Below are positions 6,946 to 15,389 of a stretch of DNA of 32,830 bases, one piece after another. The DNA comes from an uncultured Alphaproteobacteria bacterium. GTDB lineage: Bacteria; Pseudomonadota; Alphaproteobacteria; Rickettsiales; UBA1997. Location: positions 1 to 32,830 of the forward strand of contig CAIUFU010000054.1 in assembly GCA_903898475.1 (NCBI GenBank), in the 5' to 3' direction. The notes under the pieces are model-generated. The model was given only the letters and a program-made list of their open reading frames with translations. It made no database searches and had not been told where the DNA came from. The position numbers and the translations under genes were made by a program. Position 1 is the stretch's first letter, and each line of letters opens with the position of its first letter.

Positions 6946-8436
6946 GTGATTAGAGTCAAAGATTTATCCATTTCATTTGCTGGAAACGAAGTTTTTTCTG
7001 ATGCCAGTTTTATTATTAACGGCCGCGAGAAGGTTGGCTTGATTGGGCGCAATGGAAGCGGCAAATCAACATTTCTTAAATTAATTCTCAAAAAATTAGA
7101 GCCAGATTCGGGCGCAGTTGAAATCCCGCGCGGCTACAGAATTGGTCACTTAGAGCAACATATTCACTTCACCCACAACACCACTTTAGAAGAAATTTGT
7201 TCAGTGCTTCCCGAAGATCGCGAGCATGAAGGCTGGAAGGGCGAAAATATTTTATATGGTCTGGGCTTTACTCCTGAAGATCTCGAGAAAGATCCAAAAA
7301 ATTTCTCCGGCGGTTACCAAGTAAAATTAAACTTGGCCAAATTGCTTTTGGTTGAGCCACAAATGTTGCTTTTGGACGAGCCGACTAACTATCTCGATAT
7401 TCACTCAATTCGCTGGCTTAAAGAATTTTTACAAGAATGGGAAGGCGAGCTAATTCTAATCACGCATGATCGCGGATTCATGGATGATGTGGTTACGCAC
7501 ACTTTAGTAATTCACCGCAAAGCCTTCAAAAAAGTTCCGGGAAACACTCAAGGCGTGCGCGAAAAAATTGCGGCTGAAGAAGAAATTTACGAAAAAACCA
7601 GAGTTAACGAAGACAAACAAAGACAAAAAACTCAAGAATGGATCGACCGCTTCGGCGCCAAAGCTAGCATGGCGAGCCGCGCTCAATCGCGAGTGAAAAT
7701 GTTGGAAAAGCAAGATGTTAAAGAAAAGCTCGAGCATGTGGCAACTCTTGATTTTGAGTTTAATTACAATCCTTACGCCAGCAAAGAAAACATGGTTGAG
7801 GCTGAAAATATTGCTTTTGGTTACACGCCAGAAAATTTGCTGATTCAAAACCTTTCTTTCAAAGTTGCTGATGGCGAAAAAATCTGCATCATCGGAAAAA
7901 ACGGTAAAGGTAAATCAACTTTGCTTAAGCTGATCACCCAAGATTTGGCGGCACTCAAAGGCAATGTTAAAACTAACGGTAAAACAGAAATTGGCTATTT
8001 TGGCCAGATGAATATTGACCGTCTTGATCCAACTCGCACGGTTTATGAAGAGTTGCAAAGAACTGACGAGAAATTGCCGGTAAGTCGCGTACGTCAAGTG
8101 TGTAGCAACATGATGTTTAACAATGATTTGGCGAATAAAAAAATTTCGGTTTTGTCGGGTGGTGAAAAATCTCGCGTGATGCTTGGAAAAATTTTGCTCA
8201 AAGGCGTGAATTTGCTTTTGCTCGACGAGCCGACAAACCACTTAGATATGGAATCTTGTGATGCTTTGCTAGAAGCCATTAAAAACTTCAAAGGCGCGCT
8301 GATTGTTGTAACTCACGATGAGCATTTCTTGCGTCAAATTGCCAACAAGTTGATTATTTTTGATGACAATAAAACCTTCACTTTTGAAGATTCTTACGAG
8401 TTCTTCTTGAAAAGAGTTGGTTGGAAAGATCATTAG
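6946..8436 (+). CDS. ABC-F family ATPase (two ABC domains, no TM domain)
   Basis: Walker A twice (GRNGSGKST, GKNGKGKST), signatures (SGGYQVKLNLA, LSGGEKSRVMLG), Walker B (LLLDEPTNYLD, LLLDEPTNHLD) and a charged interdomain linker. The ORF is open from TTG 6901. I prefer GTG 6946 because it gives the usual ~34-residue lead to Walker A and leaves the shared 14-nt motif non-coding. The start is uncertain. Confidence 0.85.
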   Translation: MIRVKDLSISFAGNEVFSDASFIINGREKVGLIGRNGSGKSTFLKLILKKLEPDSGAVEIPRGYRIGHLEQHIHFTHNTTLEEICSVLPEDREHEGWKGENILYGLGFTPEDLEKDPKNFSGGYQVKLNLAKLLLVEPQMLLLDEPTNYLDIHSIRWLKEFLQEWEGELILITHDRGFMDDVVTHTLVIHRKAFKKVPGNTQGVREKIAAEEEIYEKTRVNEDKQRQKTQEWIDRFGAKASMASRAQSRVKMLEKQDVKEKLEHVATLDFEFNYNPYASKENMVEAENIAFGYTPENLLIQNLSFKVADGEKICIIGKNGKGKSTLLKLITQDLAALKGNVKTNGKTEIGYFGQMNIDRLDPTRTVYEELQRTDEKLPVSRVRQVCSNMMFNNDLANKKISVLSGGEKSRVMLGKILLKGVNLLLLDEPTNHLDMESCDALLEAIKNFKGALIVVTHDEHFLRQIANKLIIFDDNKTFTFEDSYEFFLKRVGWKDH

Positions 8437-8470
8437 GAATTATCGTTTTTCTGAATTTTATTTTTAAAAA

Positions 8471-10510
8471 ATGCGCTCAAAAAAAATCAAAAAATTTAGT
8501 GCATTTTCCCTCGTTGAAGTCTCGGTTGTAATTATCATCCTTGGCATTTTTATTGCTGGCGTTGTTGTTGCTGACGGCATGGTTTCAAAATTCAGAATTA
8601 CCGCCGCACAAAATTTAAGCCGCTCTTCTCCAGTTAACGAAGTTTCCGATGCAGCACTTTGGCTTGAAACTAGTTTAGATAGTAGTTTTAACGGCGGTGA
8701 GGCCAATAATGGTAGCCCACTTTCAACTTGGTACGATCAGAGAAATTCCACCTCAAAAGTTGCAATTAGCACAGCAGGTGCAAGTCCCACTTATTCTAAC
8801 ACAATTAATCGGGTTCACGCTGTAGAATTTGACGGCAGCGCTAATAAATATTTTACCTTCGATGGCAGCTTTTTAAACGGCACTGATTACACAATTTTTG
8901 TTCTCGAAAAAAGAAAAAGCGCCAATACCAATAATTATTTTTTAGGAACTGTGGGCTCCGGATCCAATAACAGCTTGGCTTTAGGATATAGCGCCGATTC
9001 AACGGTAATTCACGCTCAAGGTTCGAATTCTTACAATTCGAGTGTGACGAATTACTCAGGATCGGTGGGAAATTCGCGAATTTTTACCTTCATTTCTAGC
9101 GCAACCAGCAAAAAAACCTACATTAACGGAGTGCTTGCGGCGCAAAGCTCAAGCGCCTCTCAGCTCAGCGGAATTTCAACCTTAAGCATTGGTCAAAATT
9201 ACATTGGCGAGATTGGTGAAATCGCAATTTTTACTCGCGCCCTTGAGCCTGATGAAAGAATCGCTATTGAAGATTACGTCGGCAAAAAATGGACTAGCAA
9301 AATTAATCGCAACATCGTGCCTTCAGGCTCTTGCGTTGGCTACACGGTTACTGCAAGCGGTTGTGATTTAGCATCGGCAAATTGCAGTATCAGTCAGGCT
9401 GGCGTTAGTGCGACAGTTTCTGCAACTTCCAGCTCAACAACTCTTTCTTGCAATCTCGCCAATTACACTGGAACCATCAGCTACACTTGCGCTAGCGGAG
9501 TTGCTAGTGTTTTGGGATCTTGCTCTTGCGATGCGGCTCACAGCGGCGAGGGTTGCGCTTCTTGCGCTAGCGGTTACGAATCTGTTAGCGGCAATTGTCA
9601 GGCAATTTCTTGCGCGGCAAGCGGCACTGGACTTTCGGGAACAGTGAATCAAGCCAGTGGCGGCTTATCTTGCGGATCGGGATATTCAGGAGTGGTTAAT
9701 TACACTTGCTCAAATGGAACTTTCGCCATTACCAGTGGCTCTTGCAGCGTCCAGACAAATTGCACCGGAGGCACAATCAGCTCGTCTGGTGGATATACGA
9801 TTCACAAATTTACCACAGTTGGTTCTAGTCAAAAATTAAATTGTCCAAATACCAGAAATGTTGAATATTTAATTGTTGGAGGTGGTGGTGGAGCTGGTGC
9901 TTTCAACGGTGGCGGTGGTGCTGGAGGATTGCTAAGTGGCACAATTTCTGTCGCCGCTGCAACCGATTACATCGTGACTGTTGGCGCGGGTGGCTCTGGT
10001 GAAAATACCGTAAATAGCGGTGGCAGCAATGGTGGCTTTTCTTCTTTCAACGGACTCACCGCAATTGGTGGTGGCAAAGGTTGGCATAATCAAGCGGGAA
10101 GCACTGGCGGATCTGGTGGGGGAAGTGGTTATAGCAGTGTTACTCGCGCTGCAGGAACTGCCGGACAAGGAAATGCCGGCGGTGCGGGTGCTAATATTTC
10201 TAACGCCTGGGCTGGCGGTGGCGGTGGCGGTGCTGGAAGTGTCGGAGGAGACGGCACAAATGGTCGCGGTGGCGATGCCGGTGCTGGTATTTTATCAAAT
10301 ATTACTGGAACTCCAACTTACTACGCGGTTGGCGGGCCGGGAGCTAGTTACAATTCATCAGCAACGCCATTAACTTCGGGTGCCGCCGCCGCGGGCGGAT
10401 CCATAACCGGACAAGCGGGCGCGGCAAACACCGGAAATGGTGGTGGTACAGGCCTGACAACATGGAATGGTATGGCCGGTGGTTCGGGAATTGTGATAAT
10501 TCGTTACTAA
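8471..10510 (+). CDS. prepilin-signal / LamG-like / Cys-repeat / glycine-rich domain protein, paralog 2
   Basis: Intact 679-codon ORF. Leader MRSKKIKKFSA, then FSLVEVSVVIIILGIFIAGVV. The LamG-like block is about 70 percent identical by eye to paralogs 1 and 3. Cys modules lie at about 9383-9763. A glycine-rich domain ends the protein as GGSGIVIIRY-stop. Confidence 0.85.
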   Translation: MRSKKIKKFSAFSLVEVSVVIIILGIFIAGVVVADGMVSKFRITAAQNLSRSSPVNEVSDAALWLETSLDSSFNGGEANNGSPLSTWYDQRNSTSKVAISTAGASPTYSNTINRVHAVEFDGSANKYFTFDGSFLNGTDYTIFVLEKRKSANTNNYFLGTVGSGSNNSLALGYSADSTVIHAQGSNSYNSSVTNYSGSVGNSRIFTFISSATSKKTYINGVLAAQSSSASQLSGISTLSIGQNYIGEIGEIAIFTRALEPDERIAIEDYVGKKWTSKINRNIVPSGSCVGYTVTASGCDLASANCSISQAGVSATVSATSSSTTLSCNLANYTGTISYTCASGVASVLGSCSCDAAHSGEGCASCASGYESVSGNCQAISCAASGTGLSGTVNQASGGLSCGSGYSGVVNYTCSNGTFAITSGSCSVQTNCTGGTISSSGGYTIHKFTTVGSSQKLNCPNTRNVEYLIVGGGGGAGAFNGGGGAGGLLSGTISVAAATDYIVTVGAGGSGENTVNSGGSNGGFSSFNGLTAIGGGKGWHNQAGSTGGSGGGSGYSSVTRAAGTAGQGNAGGAGANISNAWAGGGGGGAGSVGGDGTNGRGGDAGAGILSNITGTPTYYAVGGPGASYNSSATPLTSGAAAAGGSITGQAGAANTGNGGGTGLTTWNGMAGGSGIVIIRY

Positions 10511-10524
10511 TTATTTTTTAAAAA

Positions 10525-11010
10525 ATGATCGAAATTCGCCTAGCAACAGAATCTGATTTTGACGAAATTTGGCGCATTTTTCACAGCGTAATTGCTGGCA
10601 AAAATACTTACGTCAATCGCCACGACACCACAAAAGACGAGGCTTACGCCAAATGGATGGACAAGAAAGTCAAAACTTTTGTCGCAGAAATTTCTGGAAA
10701 AATCGTCGGCGTTTATTTGCTAAAACCCAATCAAGTTGATCTAGGATCGCATGTCGCAAATGCCAGTTACATCGTTGACGCGGCAGCTCGCGGCGCAGGT
10801 GTCGGCAAGGCTTTAGCGTTGCACTCAATTGCCAAAGCCAAAGAAATTGGCTTTCACGCAATGCAATTTAATTTCGTCGTTTCAACCAATGAAGCAGCAG
10901 TGAAATTGTGGCAATCAGTTGGCTTTAAAATAATTGGCACAGTTCCTAAAGCCTTTAAACATGCTAGTTTAGGCTATGTTGATGCTTACATCATGTTTTT
11001 GAATTTGTGA
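10525..11010 (+). CDS. GNAT family N-acetyltransferase
   Basis: 161 aa. Acetyl-CoA-binding motif A (AARGAGVGKAL) in the usual position. Overall beta-alpha pattern of small GNATs. Starts 14 nt after paralog 2. Confidence 0.8.
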   Translation: MIEIRLATESDFDEIWRIFHSVIAGKNTYVNRHDTTKDEAYAKWMDKKVKTFVAEISGKIVGVYLLKPNQVDLGSHVANASYIVDAAARGAGVGKALALHSIAKAKEIGFHAMQFNFVVSTNEAAVKLWQSVGFKIIGTVPKAFKHASLGYVDAYIMFLNL

Positions 11011-11231
11011 AAAAATTTCTCACATTGTTCAGCTTAATTTTTTTAGCAGCGAGTTTAGTGGGCGCTCAAGATTTAGAAGAGGCGCCAAGCATTTGCGACG
11101 CCAGTGAGGCTTGCAAAAAAGCCTGCCAAGAAAAAGAGGCTGAGGGTCACGATGATTATGATTCTAAATACCAACAGCTGCTTTTGAAGTGCGCCGGAGA
11201 TGTGGCAAAAAATCTTAAGCTAATTCAATGA
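11007..11231 (+). CDS. small secreted Cys-containing protein (hypothetical)
   Basis: 74 aa. Signal peptide MKKFLTLFSLIFLAASLVGAQ. The mature part is acidic with 4 Cys (CDASEACKKAC...KC). The GTG start overlaps the GNAT stop (GTGA). Confidence 0.55.
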   Translation: MKKFLTLFSLIFLAASLVGAQDLEEAPSICDASEACKKACQEKEAEGHDDYDSKYQQLLLKCAGDVAKNLKLIQ

Positions 11232-11920
11232 AAAAACTTTTTCTTCTCACCTTTCTAATTTGTCTACAAGCCCCACAAGCTTGGTCGCAGATGACGATCT
11301 TAAATGTTCCGTCTGCCGATGTTGCGCCGAAAAAACGTGTTTTTGTGCAGCATGAGTCGCAATTTCGCACCAAAGAAAAGGGACGATTTTTAAACGCCAC
11401 TAACTACCTAACTTTTGGCGCGGGGCACAACACCGAGCTCACCGCCACCTACTACAATTTGGGAAATCTTTCCTACAACAATGACACGCTGGCGCTCGGC
11501 TTTAAAACCGCGCTACCGCTTTCAATTGAAGAAATAAAAAACTACCAACCAAAAATAATTTTCGGTTCAGCGGCAGCAATTTCGGTGCAGGGCAATGGCG
11601 TGGGGAATTGGACTTACGCGGCAGCAAATTTTACAATTCCGCAAAGTCAAACCCGCTTAACAATTGGCGGCAGCCAAGGCACCAAACAAATTTTTGACCG
11701 CAATTCAACAGCGCTAATGTTGGGTTTTGAGCAAAAAATTACCAACAAACTTAGTTACGTTGGCGACTGGTATTCGGGCAAAAATGCGCTGGGAATTTTT
11801 GCTTCGGCTTTGAGTTACAATTTTCCAAACGATCTTGTTTTATTTACCGGTTACCAAGTTGCCAATTCTACACGAATTGCACGCAATGGCTTTATTATTG
11901 AGGTGGCGAAGCTTTTTTAA
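11228..11920 (+). CDS. small outer-membrane beta-barrel protein (hypothetical)
   Basis: 230 aa. Signal peptide MKKLFLLTFLICLQAPQAWSQ, alternating hydrophobic beta-strand pattern and an aromatic C-terminus (...IIEVAKLF) typical of BAM substrates. The ATG overlaps the upstream stop (ATGA). Confidence 0.65.
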   Translation: MKKLFLLTFLICLQAPQAWSQMTILNVPSADVAPKKRVFVQHESQFRTKEKGRFLNATNYLTFGAGHNTELTATYYNLGNLSYNNDTLALGFKTALPLSIEEIKNYQPKIIFGSAAAISVQGNGVGNWTYAAANFTIPQSQTRLTIGGSQGTKQIFDRNSTALMLGFEQKITNKLSYVGDWYSGKNALGIFASALSYNFPNDLVLFTGYQVANSTRIARNGFIIEVAKLF

Positions 11921-12652
11921 ATGAAAAATTGGACGCATAAAAACTTTACGATTCATCAATTTGACGAGCTTGAAAGCACCAATTCGCACGCTTTGCAATT
12001 GGCAAATTCTCGGCAAATTTTTGAGCGTGAGGTGATTTTGGCAGACGCGCAAAAAAGCGGGCGTGGGCGCATGGAGCGTCTTTGGAGCTCGCCCGTGGGG
12101 AATCTTTATTTTTCTTTGGTGCTGTGTCCGAAAATTTCGGCAGCCGAAGTTTCGCAGATTTCTTTTGTGGCGATTGTGGCATTGCAAAGAGTTGTAAGCC
12201 GCGCGCTGCAAAATGTAGTTGAGGTGAAATGGCCCAATGACCTTTTAATTGATGGAAAGAAAGTTGCAGGGCTGTTGCTTGAAAGCAAAATTTCGGGAAA
12301 TGATTGTGAGTTTGTGATTGTGGGGATTGGCGTAAATATTGCTTCAAACCCACTTAACACAATTTTTCCGGCGGGATGTTTGAAAGATTTTGGTGTTAAT
12401 ATTTTGCCGCAAGATTTGCTGAAATTTTTTTTGGATGAGTTTGAAAAAATTTACCAAAGCTGGGGTGATTTTGGTTTTGGCGGGGTGCGAAAATTATGGT
12501 TAAAAAATGCTTACAGATTGGGAAAAGAGATCGGCGTGAAGATTGATGGAGAAGAGTTGCGGGGGGTGTTTGAAGATTTTGATCTTGAGGGGAATTTGGT
12601 GCTTAGATGTGGTGAAAAGTTGGTGAAGATTTCTACGGCCGATGTTTCTTAG
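11921..12652 (+). CDS. birA: biotin--[acetyl-CoA-carboxylase] ligase, group I (no N-terminal HTH)
   Basis: GRGRMERLWSSPVGNLYFS matches the BirA biotin-binding loop GRGRxGRxWxSPxG. KWPNDLL and GIGVN blocks are present. Starts at the nucleotide after the upstream stop. Confidence 0.88.
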   Translation: MKNWTHKNFTIHQFDELESTNSHALQLANSRQIFEREVILADAQKSGRGRMERLWSSPVGNLYFSLVLCPKISAAEVSQISFVAIVALQRVVSRALQNVVEVKWPNDLLIDGKKVAGLLLESKISGNDCEFVIVGIGVNIASNPLNTIFPAGCLKDFGVNILPQDLLKFFLDEFEKIYQSWGDFGFGGVRKLWLKNAYRLGKEIGVKIDGEELRGVFEDFDLEGNLVLRCGEKLVKISTADVS

Positions 12653-12781
12653 CGGAAATTTTTCTGCGTAAATAAAAGCGCATTTTTTATTTTTGCCTCA
12701 AAAACTAGCCGACTAACTTGACTTTCTCTCCTTCCAAGAGAAATCTTCCAAAATCTTGCTTTCAATCAATTAAAGTCCCCG

Positions 12782-15250
12782 ATGCCTGTAAAATATCGCC
12801 ATTTTCGTGGCTTCTCACTAATAGAAGTATCGGTCGTAATCATCATCATCGGGATCTTCGTTGCAGGCATATTTGTCGCCGATGGAATGATCTCTAGGTT
12901 CCGCATCACTGCCGCCAAATCTCTAACCCAATCTTCTCCAATCACTGCTCTGCCAAGTTCTGCTTTGTGGCTTGAAACCAGCCTGGATTCTAGCTTCAAT
13001 CTGAGTGAGACTCAAAATGGCAGTGACCTTTCTGCTTGGTATGACCAACGGAATGCTTCAAGCAAAATAGTAATTAGCACGGCAGGCGCCAGCCCTACTT
13101 ACTCCAACACTATTAACAGAATTCACGCTGTAGAATTTGATGGCACGGCCAACAAATACTTCACTTTTGATGGCAGCTTTTTGAACAAAACCGACTACAC
13201 CATCTTCGTGCTTGAAAAAAGAAAAGACTCTAAAAGCGACAATTATTTTTTAGGTGAAACAGGAGCTGGATTAAACAACTCGTTAGCTCTTGGGTATAGC
13301 GCCAACAATCAAATTATTCACGCTCAAGGCGCTAACTCTTATCCTTCAGGAATTAGCGCTTACTCAGATTCTAAAGATAAGCCCCGAGTATTTAGCTTCA
13401 CTCACAGTGGAATTGCCGGTAATAAAACTTACATTAATGGCGTTCTAGCCGCTGAGAATACTGACCCTGATGCTCTAGCTCACCTAACCGGAATTAGTAC
13501 TCTGGCAATTGGCAAAGGTTACGTTGGAGAAATTGGCGAACTCGCCATCTTTACCGAAGCATTAGAGGTGGCAGATAGAACCTCGGTCGAAGATTACTTG
13601 GGTAAAAAATGGACCTCGTCAATCAACAGAAATAAAACTCCCAACTGTGTTGGTGGACTCGTCACTGTTGGCGGCTGCGACAATTCTGCACCCATCATCT
13701 GCAGTGCTTCAGGAACAGGATATAATCAAACAGGTCTTACTTATACTTCGGGGGCAGCATTCTCCTGCAATACCTCAGGATATAGCGGCACTATTAGCTA
13801 TAAATGTTTAGCTTCGGGACCCGCTTCAAACATCTCGGGAAGCTGCGTAGCTACAACTTGCACCGCTCCATCGGGCACTGGATATAGCGCTCAATCGGGG
13901 CTAGCTTACTCAGCGGGAAGCGGAACTTTCGGCTGTGATGTAGGATTTACCGGCAGCAAAACTTACACCTGCACTGCGTCTGGTGTTGCCACCGGAATTA
14001 GTGGAACTTGTACGGCGATTACTTGTAGTGCTCCATCTGGAACTGGCTATAATGCTCAATCTGGACTCGCTTATTCAACGGGAAGCGGAACTTTCGGCTG
14101 TGATGTAGGATTTACCGGCAGCAAAACTTACACCTGCACCGCATCTGGTGTTGCCACCGGAATTAGTGGAACTTGTACGGCAATTACTTGCACTGCTCCA
14201 TCTGGAACTGGATATCTTGCGCAGACTGGCCTTGCCTACGCGGCCGGTGGAAGTGGGACTTTTGGTTGCGACACAGCCAATGGCTACACTGGAACTAAAA
14301 ACTATACCTGCACCACAGCGGGGGTAGCGACTGGAATTACAGGAACTTGCACTGTGGCTGGACCTTGCACAGTTAGCGGCGCGACAAATGGCACTCACAC
14401 ACTAAACAGCTCAGCATTTTCAGGATCAACGATTCACGCTTTTGTTGCTACCAGCGCAGCTGGGGGTGCTTCGGCTACGTTTACTTTTACCTGCCCAACT
14501 GCGCGCAATGTTCAGGTTTTGGTGGTTGGTGGTGGCGGCGGTGGAGGTGGATGTATTAGCGGTGGTGGTGGTGCGGGAGGGCTTATCTACAGCGCCTCTT
14601 ACGCGGTAAGTGCTGGTAACACTTCGGTCACTGTTGGTGTTGGTGGTATTGGCGGCAATGGTTGGAGCACGTTGCAACAACATGGTAAAAAGGGTGCAAA
14701 CTCGGTATTTGGATCTTTAACAGCAATCGGAGGTGGAGGTGGCGTTGATCACAGGTATTCCGTAGATCCAATGCCTAAAGATGGTGGCTCAGGCGGAGGT
14801 GATGCGCTACATAATCAAGATGGTGTCGTAAAAAGTGGGTGGGGCGTTGGAAGTTCTGGACAAGGCAATAATGGAGGCGCCTGCTCATCTAATTGCTACG
14901 ATCGTGCTGGAGGTGTTGGAGGCAGCGGATCTGCCGGTGGCAACTCGAGTGGATCTGTATCGGGAGTTGGCGGTAGTGGCTTGTATTACGGAACTATTTT
15001 TTCAAACAGCTACGGCCATTCTGGCTGGTTTGCTAGTGGCGGCAGTGGTGGTGTAAGAAGCGGCACGGGATCTGTTGGAACTGTGGCACAAGGCGGCGGC
15101 GGTATTGGCTCTGTAAATACAACTGGCGCAGTATCTGGCATGGCTAATACTGGTGGCGGCGGTGGTGGAGCTGGTTTTGATGCTGGTAATTCTGCGGTCG
15201 TTGGTGGTAATGGTGGCTCTGGCATCGTAATTGTGCGCTACGTTAACTAG
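12782..15250 (+). CDS. prepilin-signal / LamG-like / Cys-repeat / glycine-rich domain protein, paralog 3
   Basis: Intact 822-codon ORF. Leader MPVKYRHFRG, then FSLIEVSVVIIIIGIFVAG (canonical Gly at -1, Glu at +5). LamG-like block, four Cys units (13700-14350), and a glycine-rich domain ending GGSGIVIVRYVN-stop. Confidence 0.85.
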   Translation: MPVKYRHFRGFSLIEVSVVIIIIGIFVAGIFVADGMISRFRITAAKSLTQSSPITALPSSALWLETSLDSSFNLSETQNGSDLSAWYDQRNASSKIVISTAGASPTYSNTINRIHAVEFDGTANKYFTFDGSFLNKTDYTIFVLEKRKDSKSDNYFLGETGAGLNNSLALGYSANNQIIHAQGANSYPSGISAYSDSKDKPRVFSFTHSGIAGNKTYINGVLAAENTDPDALAHLTGISTLAIGKGYVGEIGELAIFTEALEVADRTSVEDYLGKKWTSSINRNKTPNCVGGLVTVGGCDNSAPIICSASGTGYNQTGLTYTSGAAFSCNTSGYSGTISYKCLASGPASNISGSCVATTCTAPSGTGYSAQSGLAYSAGSGTFGCDVGFTGSKTYTCTASGVATGISGTCTAITCSAPSGTGYNAQSGLAYSTGSGTFGCDVGFTGSKTYTCTASGVATGISGTCTAITCTAPSGTGYLAQTGLAYAAGGSGTFGCDTANGYTGTKNYTCTTAGVATGITGTCTVAGPCTVSGATNGTHTLNSSAFSGSTIHAFVATSAAGGASATFTFTCPTARNVQVLVVGGGGGGGGCISGGGGAGGLIYSASYAVSAGNTSVTVGVGGIGGNGWSTLQQHGKKGANSVFGSLTAIGGGGGVDHRYSVDPMPKDGGSGGGDALHNQDGVVKSGWGVGSSGQGNNGGACSSNCYDRAGGVGGSGSAGGNSSGSVSGVGGSGLYYGTIFSNSYGHSGWFASGGSGGVRSGTGSVGTVAQGGGGIGSVNTTGAVSGMANTGGGGGGAGFDAGNSAVVGGNGGSGIVIVRYVN
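13700..14350 (+). repeat. four tandem in-frame Cys-repeat units (first Cys codons at 13700, 13859, 14024 and 14189) inside paralog 3
   Basis: C-x(21-23)-C-x(12-13)-C-x(10-11)-C units. Units 2 and 3 (13856-14020 vs 14021-14185) share a ~106-nt 3' core with 3 mismatches. Their 5' 59 nt differ at 11 of 20 codons, 8 of them synonymous. Confidence 0.9.
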
Positions 15251-15320
15251 AGGCTGTTAGTTAATTTCTTATTTTGTCAAAAAAGCGTTTATGCCAGAAT
15301 CTGAGGCCAAATGAATGTCT

Positions 15321-15358
15321 AAAAAAAGAGGAGCCCTTTTTGGGGACTCCTCTTTTTT
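15321..15358. terminator. bidirectional intrinsic terminator between paralog 3 and lysC
   Basis: An A7 tract, stem agaggagccc / ggggactcctct (one bulge, T5 loop), then a T6 tract. Sits between convergent genes. Confidence 0.7.
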
Positions 15359-15389
15359 GTGTCAGAAGTTTTTGATAACTGCGTAAAAT

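Noticed and set aside
8479-8494. The A8 and A6 homopolymers inside codons 3-8 of paralog 2 as a frameshift-type phase-variation tract.
   Set aside because: A-runs of this length are common throughout this AT-rich window (e.g. 1065-1072, 23731-23739). Here they simply encode the Lys-rich leader. There is no evidence of heterogeneity.
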